Shown here one piece after another: positions 7,723 through 19,500 of a stretch of 64,000 bases of DNA. How positions within the stretch are numbered: position 1 is the stretch's first letter; every line of letters starts with the position of its first letter. The notes below the pieces were generated by a model. That model was given only the letters and a program-made list of their open reading frames with translations, was not told the origin of the DNA and searched no databases. Source of the stretch: Schizochytrium sp. TIO01 (Eukaryota; Protista; Bigyra: Labyrinthulomycetes). A program made the translations under genes and the position numbers. The DNA is taken from the NCBI GenBank assembly GCA_004764695.1, contig SMSO01000007.1:1681270-1745269 (forward strand). The letters are read 5' to 3'.

Positions 7723-10425
7723 ATGCTGCTAACTTTTTTCTACGTTGCTGCTCTGGCTTTGCTAGGGTGTGTCGAAGGTGCTGGGACCTTGGATGTGGAC
7801 ATGATGGTTGATCTCCGAAATCAGGCTGGCCGCATGCTGGACCACGCTTTTCAAAGCTACATGGACAACGCTTACCCGTGGGACGAACTCAAACCCCTAA
7901 GTTGCTCTGGCCGGCGCTGGGACCGACGGGAGAGGGGCACCATTGATGATACTCTCGGTGGCTTCTCCCTCACATTGATTGACTCTCTGGATTCTCTCGC
8001 TGTTATGGGTCGACACCGCCAATTTTACGAATCTGTGGATCTTATTCGCAACGAGATTTCTTTTGATCGTGATGTCACTATATCAGTCTTTGAGACTACT
8101 ATTCGTGTCCTTGGTGGCCTGCTCTCGGCGCACGTCTTACTTGCTGATAAAGTTGTGCCGGAGGCTCCGGAATCATGGGCTTATGATGACGAGCTACTGC
8201 ATCTTGCCGAAGACCTTGCCGAGAGACTCTTGCCAGCTTTTGAAACGGAGACAGGTATTCCATATCATCGCGTCAACTTACGGCATGGCGTGGAGCGCAG
8301 TGAGTCCCGCAAGACCTGTACCGCTGCTGCCGGGACTTTGCTCGTGGAGTTTGGCGTGCTATCTCGCCTCACTGGAAGGCGTGTGTTCGAAGATAAGGCC
8401 CGTACTGCTTTGTTCGCTTTGTGGGAGCGTCGTAACCCCTCTACAGGCCTTGTGGGCAATACCATCAATGTCCAAACTGGCCAGTGGCTTCTGTCCAAGA
8501 CCGGAAGCGGCCCTGGAGTAGATAGCTTCTTCGAGTACCTCCAAAAGGCGAGTGTTCTTTTGGACCATCCCGCAAGCCCCTTCTACCGTGAAAATGGTGA
8601 ATTCATAAAGGTTTCAGATGTCCCAGACAAGGCGACCCCGTCACACGACGGAGACATTACGGACAGAACACATGCCTCCTCTCACGGCGCCAGCTCAACG
8701 GGGCGCGCAGCCCATCACACGAACAATGAGAAGGCTGATAATTATAGGGCTGAAAGTACTAGCAGTAGCAGCAGTCGAAGCAGCAGCAGCAGCAGCAGCA
8801 GCAGAAGTAGTACTAGTAGTAGTAGCAGCAGCAGCAGCGGCGGCGGCGGCGAAGGAGCCTCCGCACCCCAAGCTCTAGGAAGCGCCTTTGAGGAGGCCGT
8901 GCGTAAGGTGGATGAGCACCTGTCTTTCGGCCCATGGCACATCGAGGTCGATATGAATGTTGGACGCGACCAGCCTTTGCAATACAGCGTGTCTGCTCTG
9001 CAAGCCTTCTGGCCTGGCCTTCTTGCCTCGACGGGGCGGCTCGAGGCTGCTTCGGAAAGCTTTGACGCCTTTTACAGCCTGTGGCGGAACAATCGAGCCA
9101 TGCCAGAGGAAGTGGACCTCTTGACTCGGTCCACCACCTACTACGGCAAAGGATATTATCTCCGCCCAGAGTTGGCGGAGAGCGCAATGGTTCTGTACCA
9201 CAAGACTAGGGAGGCAAAGTATGTACGTGCTGCAGCTCGGATCATGCGAGACATTGAGACGCGCTGTCGCGTCGCGTGTGGCTATGCCACCCTCCGCAGC
9301 GTGCATGCAAAGCAGGACGGCTTCAACCGCGAAGACCGAATGGATAGCTACTTCATCGCCGAAACCCTCAAGTACCTGTACTTGACATTCGACATGGCAG
9401 CCCGCAACTCCACACAAATTTCCACGCTCGGCGAATCGCCCATCTTCAGCACCGAAGGGCACCTGTTTTTCCTGAAAAACGCAAGCGTTTTCGACCACCT
9501 CTCCAGCAGCCTGTCCGCAAGCCCTCTGGACGACCCGCTCTCGCCCAAGCCTGCGCTCAATTCGAGTGTCCCGGGGGCAACTTGTCCGGCGCACCAAGGA
9601 GGTCCATCGACGACAACGACTACGCCATCTCGAGACTCGCAGCGCCCGGAGTTCATCACTGCCCGCGTAAACGTGGAAAGTGTGCTCACTCCTCATATTA
9701 GCGCGCCAGTCCAGGTGCCAGCCGGCCACAGCAATGCCAGGCGATCTGACTTCGTCTTAGCTCCGGCAGCCTTCGGCCGTGCCGTTGCCGGGGACTTGGA
9801 GGCACACGTAATCCTGGTCAAGGCCGAGCCTCTGGACTCCTGCGACACGATCAGGAACTCGGAGGAGATTCTTCGTGCTCAGAAGCTCGCGAGCGACCTT
9901 CGGCTGAGCGACGGACGCTCCCTGGCTGTGGCGGTTGTCGCCGCCCGTGGGGGGTGTAGCTTTGTGCACAAGGTTGCAAATATAGCCAACGCGACCTTGG
10001 GGAGAGTGGAGACGGTGATCATCGTGAACCGTCGCGCGGATGGCGATGAGCTGCACACGATGGTGGACGATGGCACTCTTCATCAAGAAGGGCCGCTGCT
10101 GGGCTACGTGCGGGGGCTCATGGCTCCGTACTCGTTCATGAGCTTCTTCAAGCAGATTGGCTTCCCCATTATGCCAGGGCTTCCTCACGCCCGGGCTTAT
10201 CACCAATCGCACTATGCCGTCGCGCACCTAGCCGGTGCACGGCGACACCTTGACTCCAAGCAATCGCCTCGTGGCGCAGCTTATTCGGACAGGTCCACGC
10301 CTGGTCAGCGCGCGCCTTCGCAAGCGCCCTTCGTGCAGGACTTTCTCATTGGCGAAGTTGCGAAGCTTTTCGAGCATCTTTTTGCGTCCAGTCCAGCGAC
10401 CGGTGCCGTGAAGGAGGACCTCTGA
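7723..10425 (+). CDS. EDEM3: ER degradation-enhancing alpha-1,2-mannosidase (GH47) with protease-associated (PA) domain, EDEM3-like
   Basis: Signal peptide MLLTFFYVAALALLGCVEG from ATG 7723. GH47 motifs DELKPLSC, RGTIDDTLGGFSLTLIDSLD, SVFETTIRVLGGLLSAH, DSFFEYLQK, LRPELAES, DRMDSYFIAETLKYLYL, FSTEGH. PA domain (AEPLDSC...ARGGCSFVHKV...VIIVN). C-terminal KEDL. Confidence 0.92.
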   Translation: MLLTFFYVAALALLGCVEGAGTLDVDMMVDLRNQAGRMLDHAFQSYMDNAYPWDELKPLSCSGRRWDRRERGTIDDTLGGFSLTLIDSLDSLAVMGRHRQFYESVDLIRNEISFDRDVTISVFETTIRVLGGLLSAHVLLADKVVPEAPESWAYDDELLHLAEDLAERLLPAFETETGIPYHRVNLRHGVERSESRKTCTAAAGTLLVEFGVLSRLTGRRVFEDKARTALFALWERRNPSTGLVGNTINVQTGQWLLSKTGSGPGVDSFFEYLQKASVLLDHPASPFYRENGEFIKVSDVPDKATPSHDGDITDRTHASSHGASSTGRAAHHTNNEKADNYRAESTSSSSSRSSSSSSSSRSSTSSSSSSSSGGGGEGASAPQALGSAFEEAVRKVDEHLSFGPWHIEVDMNVGRDQPLQYSVSALQAFWPGLLASTGRLEAASESFDAFYSLWRNNRAMPEEVDLLTRSTTYYGKGYYLRPELAESAMVLYHKTREAKYVRAAARIMRDIETRCRVACGYATLRSVHAKQDGFNREDRMDSYFIAETLKYLYLTFDMAARNSTQISTLGESPIFSTEGHLFFLKNASVFDHLSSSLSASPLDDPLSPKPALNSSVPGATCPAHQGGPSTTTTTPSRDSQRPEFITARVNVESVLTPHISAPVQVPAGHSNARRSDFVLAPAAFGRAVAGDLEAHVILVKAEPLDSCDTIRNSEEILRAQKLASDLRLSDGRSLAVAVVAARGGCSFVHKVANIANATLGRVETVIIVNRRADGDELHTMVDDGTLHQEGPLLGYVRGLMAPYSFMSFFKQIGFPIMPGLPHARAYHQSHYAVAHLAGARRHLDSKQSPRGAAYSDRSTPGQRAPSQAPFVQDFLIGEVAKLFEHLFASSPATGAVKEDL

Positions 10426-11538
10426 TAAGATTTCCCGCCCCTCTGAGTCCCTCGCTGCCTAGGTGCCGCCTGCGTGTTTACCTAGCTACAGAGTTCGTTG
10501 TCAAGCTTTCCTAGTTACCATGCCTTACTCCTCTGGCGCTTGGCCCGTGGGTTTGTTTGTTGGTAGGGAGTGCTGGAAACTACAGCTCGGATAGTATTGG
10601 GTGCTCGGTTAGTATTTCGCATTTGAGGGCACGCACATGTGCTTTTGACAGCGAGTCTGACGCGTGCTTTCTTTCTTTCATTCATTCATTGAGCGAGACT
10701 AGCAGGCGGCGGATACCTGCCGAGGTACCACGGTGAACTCACATTTACTCTGAAGTGGCGGAGAGACTTGAGGATCGGTTTGATCAGGGCTATCTCGACA
10801 TCGTTGTAGTCAATGAACTATTTGTGGTTTTCCCTCTAGTAGAGTAGTTCAAGAAGGTTTGAGCTGTTATTTTTTATTATTGTAAATGTCAAAAGTCCAA
10901 ACCTCAACGCTATGAAATATGAGTAATTCTGCGACGAGTGTGGCCGGAACCAGGTAGGTTTGTGCTGAGCCTGGTGTTTCTTTTGCACAAGCTTGCCATC
11001 CATATCTCGACGTTTCTTCTTTGTCTATGCGCTGCCGGTGTTTGCCATGAGTGGTCGGGCTTCTCCAGGGAATTGGTTAATTCAACTGTTGTGGCCTTCG
11101 ATTATGCAATGGAACTTGATGCTTTGGGATGTGAGATGATGGATGATTGATCTTAGGGATCTTTCCATGAGAAAAGGCAAATTGTAATCTCGTGTTACCT
11201 GAGAAATCAGTTCTATTGGGGACTGCTAGTAGACCAGATAGGACTCGTAAGCGCGTTTGTACAGATTGTCGTGATTTTCAAGTTGATGCTCTATGCACCC
11301 TAAGGGGATGTAAACCATTATAATGTACTTAGTTTCGAAAATGATACCGATCAAATTTTTTGGATGCAGAGACTGCGTAAGTGGTAGACCATAGGTTAGA
11401 CTTACCTACTCGGTGTTCTGGAGTTGGTTTTTCTCTGCCTTCTATTGTAAACACAATTCGTTGGATTGTATTGTATTGCATTGCACTTCATTGCTATCGT
11501 TAAAAATAAAATAAAAATGTCCTCCTGCCATGTGGCTG

Positions 11539-11600
11539 ATTGCTTTGATTGCTTTGATTGCTTTGATTGCTTTGATTGCTTTGATTGCTTTGATTGCTTT
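11539..11600. repeat. 9-bp tandem repeat (TTGCTTTGA)n
   Basis: About 6-7 consecutive units visible. Confidence 0.9.
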
Positions 11601-12934
11601 GTTTGGTACGTCAGCTCTTGTAGGAGAATTTGATCTGGAGTAGGACCAAACAGTCAAAATCCTACAAATGCAAACGGCCATGCTTTAATTTCATCAACAA
11701 GTCAAGTCCACTACAGTCATATGATATTCTAAAGAGAAGCGTGGCATCATTCGCGGCAGCAATAGAGCTTCTCGGCGGTCTTGGAGGCGGGTGTGCAGAC
11801 ATAGGAGGTACCACCGCGATCAGGAAGGCTTCAGAATTTTGAGTCAAGCAATACCTAACTTGGGATAGTTACGAGTGATGCTAGAAGGCTGAGTACAAGT
11901 GGGCTACTTTCTCGCCGTAATGTTGTTATGCATACGTAATTTTATAGACTTGAAATCCTCCGCATTTATATTGAAAATTCGGTTGCTAGTATGGAAATCA
12001 ATCATCCGTATAATAGAATTAGAAAGTAAAAACGAAAATCAGATTCATGAGAAGAGAGACATCGTTGTAAGTAAATACATTTATGCATACATTCATGAAC
12101 TCAAACCGCCTCGAAAGAAACAAGTGGCGATGAATTGCGGGCTATTGATTGATTAAATTCTACAAACGTAAGTACGTAGGTACTGCTGAACAGGAACTGG
12201 GCAGGCGGGGGCCTTCAAGGCATATTTCTTGATCATCCTATGGAAGTAAAAGAACCTACCTACCTACCTACCTACCTACCTACCTACCTACCTGTTACTG
12301 GGTGCCGATCTTTTGAAGTTAAGCAATTGAAAATACGTCGATATCATGCAGAACTAGCAGCATAACCTCAATCGTGCAGTCTGCGCGCCAGGTTGGTTCT
12401 TCTTTCCAACTACAAGCGTTCAAAAGAGAAATCCAGATAAACTGCAACAACGACAATCTGACTAACCTAGCTAGCTAGGTTTTCCAACTGATACTCGCAA
12501 TCCTATCACTGCGTTGGTCGAGTCAGTCATCAGCGGAATTACCTTCGGTACTCACTCACTTATTCACTCCTGGGTACGTGTCAGTAGAAAGTGCTTTTTT
12601 TCTTTGTCTTTTTTTTTACACGCACAGGAAAGGAGAGGAGTTCGTTTCCAATGACAAAGCTGCCACAAGTTACGCCAGCTACGAGTAGCAAGCCGCGAGT
12701 AAAGAACTAGCTAGATGACTTTTCATGCATGACCTTTTCGTTCTTTCCTTTCGACTTGTAAATTCAGCGTGGGGTTTGGACAACGAGTAATGATTGTGCT
12801 GGTTTGAGTTTTCGCCCAACCTTGAAGCTAAAAGGTTTCAACAACTACTACTAACTGCTGAGAGTGGAGTTCTCCCAGTTTTAATCTAGCGGTACTAGTC
12901 CGCGGTGCTAGCTAGCTACTAGCTACTCACAAGA

Positions 12935-12955
12935 AAGAAGAAGAAGAAGAAGAAG

Positions 12956-12985
<30 letters not shown>
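12935..12985. repeat. (AAG)n microsatellite
   Basis: Perfect AAG run. Confidence 0.95.
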
Positions 12986-12986
<1 letters not shown>

Positions 12987-13930
12987 CCTTTTCGCTATCA
13001 AATCTTGATTTCGTGACCTGGAACTGAGAGATGCCAGATGCCAGATTGCACTTTATGGCAAAGAAAGCAAAGATGCCAGACAAGTCAAAGTCTCCAATTG
13101 GATCGTGGGACACTCATTCACCTGCCAGCGAAGGCTCCGCACTCGCTCATGGCGGTCCTCGTGAAGTGCATTCCATCATACATTCCATGCGATGTGCGAT
13201 ATGCGATATGGATTGTCCCATTCTCACAAGTTTTTCGCTCACACGGGAAGTGCCGCGGCACTACAGCAGCTCGAGCCTCTGTAACGCGGCTCTGTAAGCA
13301 GCGGCAGCAGCAGAATCTAGATACAGGCAGGCAGGCAGGCAGGCAGGCAGTCTTCGTTCGCTCCACGCAATCAATCAATCAATCAATCAATCAATTCTTC
13401 TTCATTCCCTGGCGCTGCCTGGACTGAGACGCACAATCAAAAGCAAGCACCAAGTGCCAACCCCGCAAGCAAGCCAGTCTCTCTTCGCAAGCTCTCAAAT
13501 TGCAGGCCAGCAGGTTGGGCTTGGGCACACACCCACGCATCCAAACATCCAAACATCCAAACATCCACGCGTACATCCATGCGTACATACATTCATTCAT
13601 ACATTCATTCATTCATACATTCATACATTCATGCAGAAGGGGCCCAGTCGTCATCCAGGCCCGGCAAAGTATCAGAGCAAGAGCTTCTTTTTCTTGCCTA
13701 CCCTCGCACTGCTACAACCACACCAAGAAGCCAGACAGCCAGCCAGACAGCCAGCCAGCCACACAGCCATACCGCCATAACACACAGCCAGGTCTCTCTC
13801 CTTTTCCCCTTTTCCTTTCGCTTTCTGTTTTCTGCTTTCGTATTGCTGCTGCTGCTTCTGCTGCTGCGTAAGCCCGCTCTGAGTCGCTCTGCCGCCGCTG
13901 CGTTCCGCTTGCCGCTCGCCGCTCGCCGCG

Positions 13931-13966
<36 letters not shown>

Positions 13967-14531
13967 TGATCGTGCGTGCGTCCGGCGTCTCCACAGGGCG
14001 CTGCGCTGCGCTGCGCTCGATCGATTCCGCCACCGCCTCGATTTCGCTACCGCGGGTTTCCTTCCACAGCCCCCGCCGTCAAAGCTGAGCGAAGCTGCTG
14101 AGCGACTTATACAAAGCTAAGCGAAGCTGATTGCGCCGCTTTACCCCGACGCCTCCCTCCCTTTCTCCCTCCCTCCCTCTGCTGCTCCTGCTCCTGCTCC
14201 TGCTCCTCGAGTGGTTTCTGTTCTCTCTCAGGCTTCGCAGGCTTCGCTTCGCCTGCCACGTTCTGGGCAGGAGGAGGAGGAGGAGGAGGAGGAGAGAAGG
14301 CTTTGCTGAAGAACTGAAGGCACGCCGTCTCAGCGCCGGTTCTCCAGGCAGAGCGAGCGGGAGGCCTGGTCGCTGTCAGGCAGACTGGCAGGGCTTAAGC
14401 GGAAGCGGCGCCGCACTCACTCACTCGCTCGAGGAGAGTCGAGGAGACTCGAGGAGACTCGAAGAGGGGAGGTCGTGCGCGCTCCAATGCTCCAAACCCG
14501 TATCGCGCCGCGAGCTGCGAGCGGCCTTCAG

Positions 14532-14601
14532 CGCCGAGAGCGGCAATATTGACGGCGAGAACGGCAACGTCGACGGCGAGAGCGGCAATATCGACGGCGA
14601 G
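14532..14601. repeat. 21-bp minisatellite, ~3.3 copies (GACGGCGAGARCGGCAAYRTY)
   Basis: gccgagagcggcaatatt-gacggcgagaacggcaacgtc-gacggcgagagcggcaatatc-gacggcgaga. Confidence 0.85.
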
Positions 14602-16594
14602 AAGATCGGGCTCAGCCGTTTGTGGCGGAGTTACGCGGAGCCCTCGCGCTCTCGCGGAGACGAGGTCTCTTTGTCACCAAAGTTACTTTCTGAAGGTGGA
14701 TGCGCTGAAAGGAGCAGAATGGGAAATGGGAGTTAGAATAACAAAGTGACGAAGTGACACAGAAATGGGCAAGAAATGAAAAGAGAGAAAACAATCTCAA
14801 GAATTGAGTCTGAGAAAAAGAAAATGAAAGGATTGAGAGGGAGGAAAAGAAATGAGCACCACAATCATATGCATGAATGAGCTTGACACCATGGAATTGG
14901 CAAATGCAGAATGAGCGTGATATCAGCATTGCATTGACAAGTGCAGAATGAGCATGATACGGAATTGACAAATAAAATGATAATGGCAACGACAATGAAA
15001 ATGAAAATGAAAATGAAAGTGAAAATGAAAACGATAATGAAATTGAAATTGAAAATGAAAATGAAATGAATAGGAGGATTAAGGATATTTTAAAAAAAGA
15101 GTGGAAAAGAAGAAGAAGAAGAAAAAACCAGAAGAAGAATAAACGAAGAATCGAAGAGGCGCTAGCTAGCTCAAAGAACATGAACTTTGTGTCGTGAGGG
15201 TCAGTCAGTTGCGCTGGCGTGGTAGCGCTAGTCCAAGAAAAAGAAAGGCTCATTCCTGCTCGATCAATCGTCGACCAATCAATCGATGCGTGCGACTGAG
15301 CCCTTTTCTTTATTTTCTTTCTTTGTTTCTTTCCTTCTTCTTCTTCTTTGTTTTCTTTCTTCTTCTTCTTCTTCCTCTTCTTTTGACGTGTCTTTCTGTC
15401 TTTTTTCGTTTCTTTATTTTCCGCGGCAGGTACTATATAGATAGATAGATAGATAGATAGATACATAGGTACATAGGTACTATGTACTACCTAGCTACGA
15501 TGCCTTCTTCTCCTTCTTTGCTTTTTGCTCTTTTCTCTTCTTCTCGCAAGAAAAGAAAACAGCGACCAAGGCAAGGCGAAGAGGCGGCCACCGCGCGGAG
15601 CATCGCGAACAAGACCACGTTAAGGAACTGAAAGGCTTCGAGCTGGTTGGTTGTTGTTGTTGTTTGTTTGTTTGTTTGTTCGTCTCTCTCTGTGTTCAGG
15701 CAAGAACAGTCAGAATGGACATCTTTGCGCTGTCATCTCTTTCTTGCCTTTTCTCTCTCTCTCTCTCTTTCTCTCTTTTACTTTTCTTTCTTTTTGGTTG
15801 TGGTCCCCTCTTTTTTCCTTCAGTGCTTTCGTTTCCCTCTTTTTGTTGTTGTTGTTGTTGTTGTTGTTGATGTTACTTTCTTTCTTTCTTTCTTTCTTTC
15901 TACCTTTGTCTTTCTTCGTTTTGATGGATCTTCTGCCTTTTCCTGGCGACAACGCCTTTTGGGGACGAGGCCCTCGCTTTGTAGGGCGTCTTGGCGACGG
16001 AACAGAGACACATTTGACCACGTGGATTAACGCCAAAAAAAATGTTTTTGGTGTCACGTCTTGTGTGGAGAAATTGCAGGTGAGTACGAATGAGAGAGAG
16101 AGCACATACATACGTGTTTTGCAATGACAATAATGAATCTCAGAGCCAGGCAGTAGACCTTGTGCATGGCAAAACGAAGAAGAAGAAGAAGAAAGCGGCA
16201 GGAGTGAGAGGTCGGTAGAGGCCACAGCAACAGCAACAGCGGCAAGACGGGCAACAAAAGCGACGATCAAATTCACATTTGGTAAATACGTTGTTGCTGT
16301 TGTTCAAGTTCTGCGATTTGATGTTGACAGGGCGAGCGAGCAAATAAAATGCCGCGAATGGCAACGTAAGCAAGCAAGCAGGCACGCAAGCAAGCCAGCC
16401 AGCCAAAAAAGAAAGCGGCGCGGCAACAACTCCCTCCCACAGATCACTCGGACATCATCATGTCCTGTGTGTGCTCACTATCAGTACAACGCACGAGGGA
16501 GGAGTAAGTGAGTAAGCGAGTGAGTGAGTGAGTGAGTGAGCGCGTGTGAGAGTGGGTGGAGTAGTGGTGGTGGCGGCGTTGTTGACTTTCGATT

Positions 16595-19500
16595 CTACTT
16601 TCTGCGCACTGGCATGCCTTTCGGGGGCAAGGGCGCGTCGAGGTTCTTCACGAAGGAAGGCAGGATGTGCTCTGGCGAAGAGACAATCGTCCAATCTACC
16701 AAGCCAGGGCCGACCTCCTTCTTGAACTCCTCCAATGAAAGAACAGAGAGTCCATCCAACATTTGGAAGGTGTCAACAGCTCTCTTCTTGAGGTCAGTCA
16801 TCGTTGTTCCATTCGGGAAGGCTTCGTCGCAGACCACGCTTAACCAGCGCTTTCTTCCGTGCAGAGTCACATGCAGACTCATGGACGGCGGAAGCTCCGT
16901 CGTGATAAACTTGACCATGGTCTTGATGTGAACTTGGTCCGGTCTCAGCCGTTGCGGGGCCCCGAAGAACAGCGTGCGGTCTGCAGGCGGGTCGCTCGGG
17001 TCGCACACATTGCGCCCAACTCGGATCTGAGAAATGATCTCGTCCAGCCTGTGGATGCGGAACTTGGAGTAGCGCTCCTCGAACTCCAGGTAACACGCCG
17101 CGATGTCCGCATTCCAAGCCCAAAGCTCCACCGTAATGCCCATTTCTAGTGCCGCGCCAATGACATCAAGGAACTCCACCGACCCGGAGATGATGATGTA
17201 CGAGCGCGTCACAGTGCGCCCTCCCATGAGCCTCTGCGCGGTCATGGCTCCAAGGTCGCCGGCGATGATGCGGGCCATGCGGGCGGCGGTCGCAGCCACG
17301 GTGCGCGCGAGCTTGGCCTGCTCAATCAGAGCCTGCGTCGCCGCCGACACAGTCTGACCAGGTGGCGAGGAGGCCCCACGGTCTTTCGGTCCTCCGATTG
17401 AGCCAGGGTCGCCGCAATTGCTGGTGGCTTCCCGAGCGACCGCCCCATCGCCCTCGTGCGCATCCTTTCCGTCTTCGCCGTTCCCGTTCCCATTCGCATC
17501 AAAGTCAGCGTCGCCATCGCCGACGGCACCTGAAGAAGAAGAAGAAGAAGAAGAAGAAGGACGAGGCAACACTGGGCTCCACGCCGAGAAGGAGGAGGAA
17601 GAGGGAGAGGGCGAAGCACCACGCGCACCGCCACCACCAACAGCAGCAGCCGGTGTGGGAGCAAGATTTTGCACAAAATCTTGGGACTGCTGCCGTTTCT
17701 CTTCCACGGTCCCGTCGCCGCTGTGGACGTGAACGTTCTTGTCACTCTCAGCGTTCCCAGGGGACGCATGAGAAGCAGAGCAAGTGGATGGCTCTGCTGC
17801 AGGATATTCTGCGACAGAATTTCCAGGGAGGGGTGCCGGGAAGGAAGCAGCAGCAGCAGTTGAGGCGACATCAGAGTTACTCTGGGCACTAAGCGCAGAA
17901 GTCTTGAGAGAACCGTATGGAGTCCCTACTCCGCCGTTGCTGTCTACCTTAGTTGCCGGCTCCTGAGCGGCAGAAGAACCATTGATAGTCTCGCCAGGCA
18001 GACCCTGAGCATCGCGAGCGTTATGGGCATGGGAAGTAGTGCGAGAACTAGAGGCAAGATTAGTAGGACTAGTACCACTAGCACTCTTTGTAATCTTGTT
18101 AGCAGAGATAATAGCTGTGGCGGCGGCAGGCGGGGTAAGATGTAGGGACCTCTTGAAAATACGCACAAGCGTAGCCATGCGTGGCTTGCTTGTCTGCACG
18201 ACGGATCCTCGCACGGCTTTGATGAGGTCGTGGATATGCACCCGGTGTCCCTCTTCCGCGCTGAGCTCGTGCAGGTAATCATCGTCAATCAGCACAATGG
18301 CACCCTCTTTACGGAAAAGCTGGAAGTCCTCTTTAGACTGCGGGTTTGCAGGAGCTACATTTGTCGCGCTATTACTGCTGCCGCTGGAACTGCTGTTCGT
18401 CGCACTATTACTCCCAGCTGCTGCCATCGCAGCGGCCGCAGAAGCCGCTGGTCCACCGAGTCCGCCAACGCTAGACGCAGACGCAGACGCTTTGCTGCTG
18501 CTGCTGCTGCTGCTGGTGATGGTGGTTGTTGCGCCGTTGGCTCCGTTCTCGGAGGTGCTCGCGGTTGGGGAGTAGATGTCGCTCTCGGCGTCGCTCTCGC
18601 TCGCCAGGGCGGCGGCGTACGATGATGGCAGCGGCGAGGCGGCAGCGTCTTGGGATGTGAAGCCCGAAGGCTGCTCAGAGTCCGGCAGCAGACGGACGTG
18701 GACTGCGACAGGGTTTGGATTGGGGCGGCGACTAGACTTTGCGAAACTCACGCGCATGCCAACCTGAGCTCTGTCTGCGTCAGGAAAGTTGGCTCCGAAA
18801 GCACTCGTGAAGTAGAGATGCCGTGAGTGCGTGTTGGCGGACTGGTCATCGCCACGGATGAACCATTTTGCGTACCCTGTGCGCTGCACAATCTCGCCCT
18901 TGAGCCGCGGAGCAACGGCGCTGTTTGATGATTTGTCCTCGCTCCCAGCATCGGATTGGTCCGAGGGCAAAGGGAAACTAGGAATGTTTTCGACGCGGAT
19001 AGGGTTTCCGTGCTCATCACGAATTAGCTCAACATTGGTGACGACCGGGTTAGGCTTACGCGGGGCGTCTGCTGCAACAGTGAAGCAAGCACGCATACCG
19101 ACCTGCGCAAATCGGGACTCAGGAAAGTGGCGGCTGAATCCAGAGACAAAGTAAACCATGTCATTTGTAGGCTCCTGTAAAAACTGGTGTGAATACGTAG
19201 AAGAGAGAGAGGCTGCAGACGAGGAGGAGGACAGAGAGGTTGGTGTCGCAGAAGTAGGTGTCATTCCAAGAAATCCTGCGTTGAGTCTGTTGACGTCCTG
19301 CTCGCCGAGAATGAACCAATGGGCTGGTGATTGATGCTTGATAAGGATGCCAGTCATGCGAGTGCCTGAACCAGCATTTTTACCTCCACCGAGACCACCC
19401 TGTGCATCATCAATGGGGTAAATACCATAGTAATCAAAGTCATTTTTCATCTCTACCACATCTTCACGCATGCGGAAAAGATGACTCTGACTGCGGACAA

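Noticed and set aside
11630-11847. Short ORFs with a Pro-rich segment
   Set aside because: No recognisable motif; non-ATG starts; too short to support
14131-14736. 201-aa ORF with DGE(S/N)GN(I/V) repeats; antisense reads as SPS heptads resembling the Pol II CTD
   Set aside because: TTG start, built largely from simple repeats; the antisense frame has no ATG and is bounded by stops
14612-16406. Lys/Phe/Leu-rich ORFs up to 284 aa
   Set aside because: Translations of microsatellites
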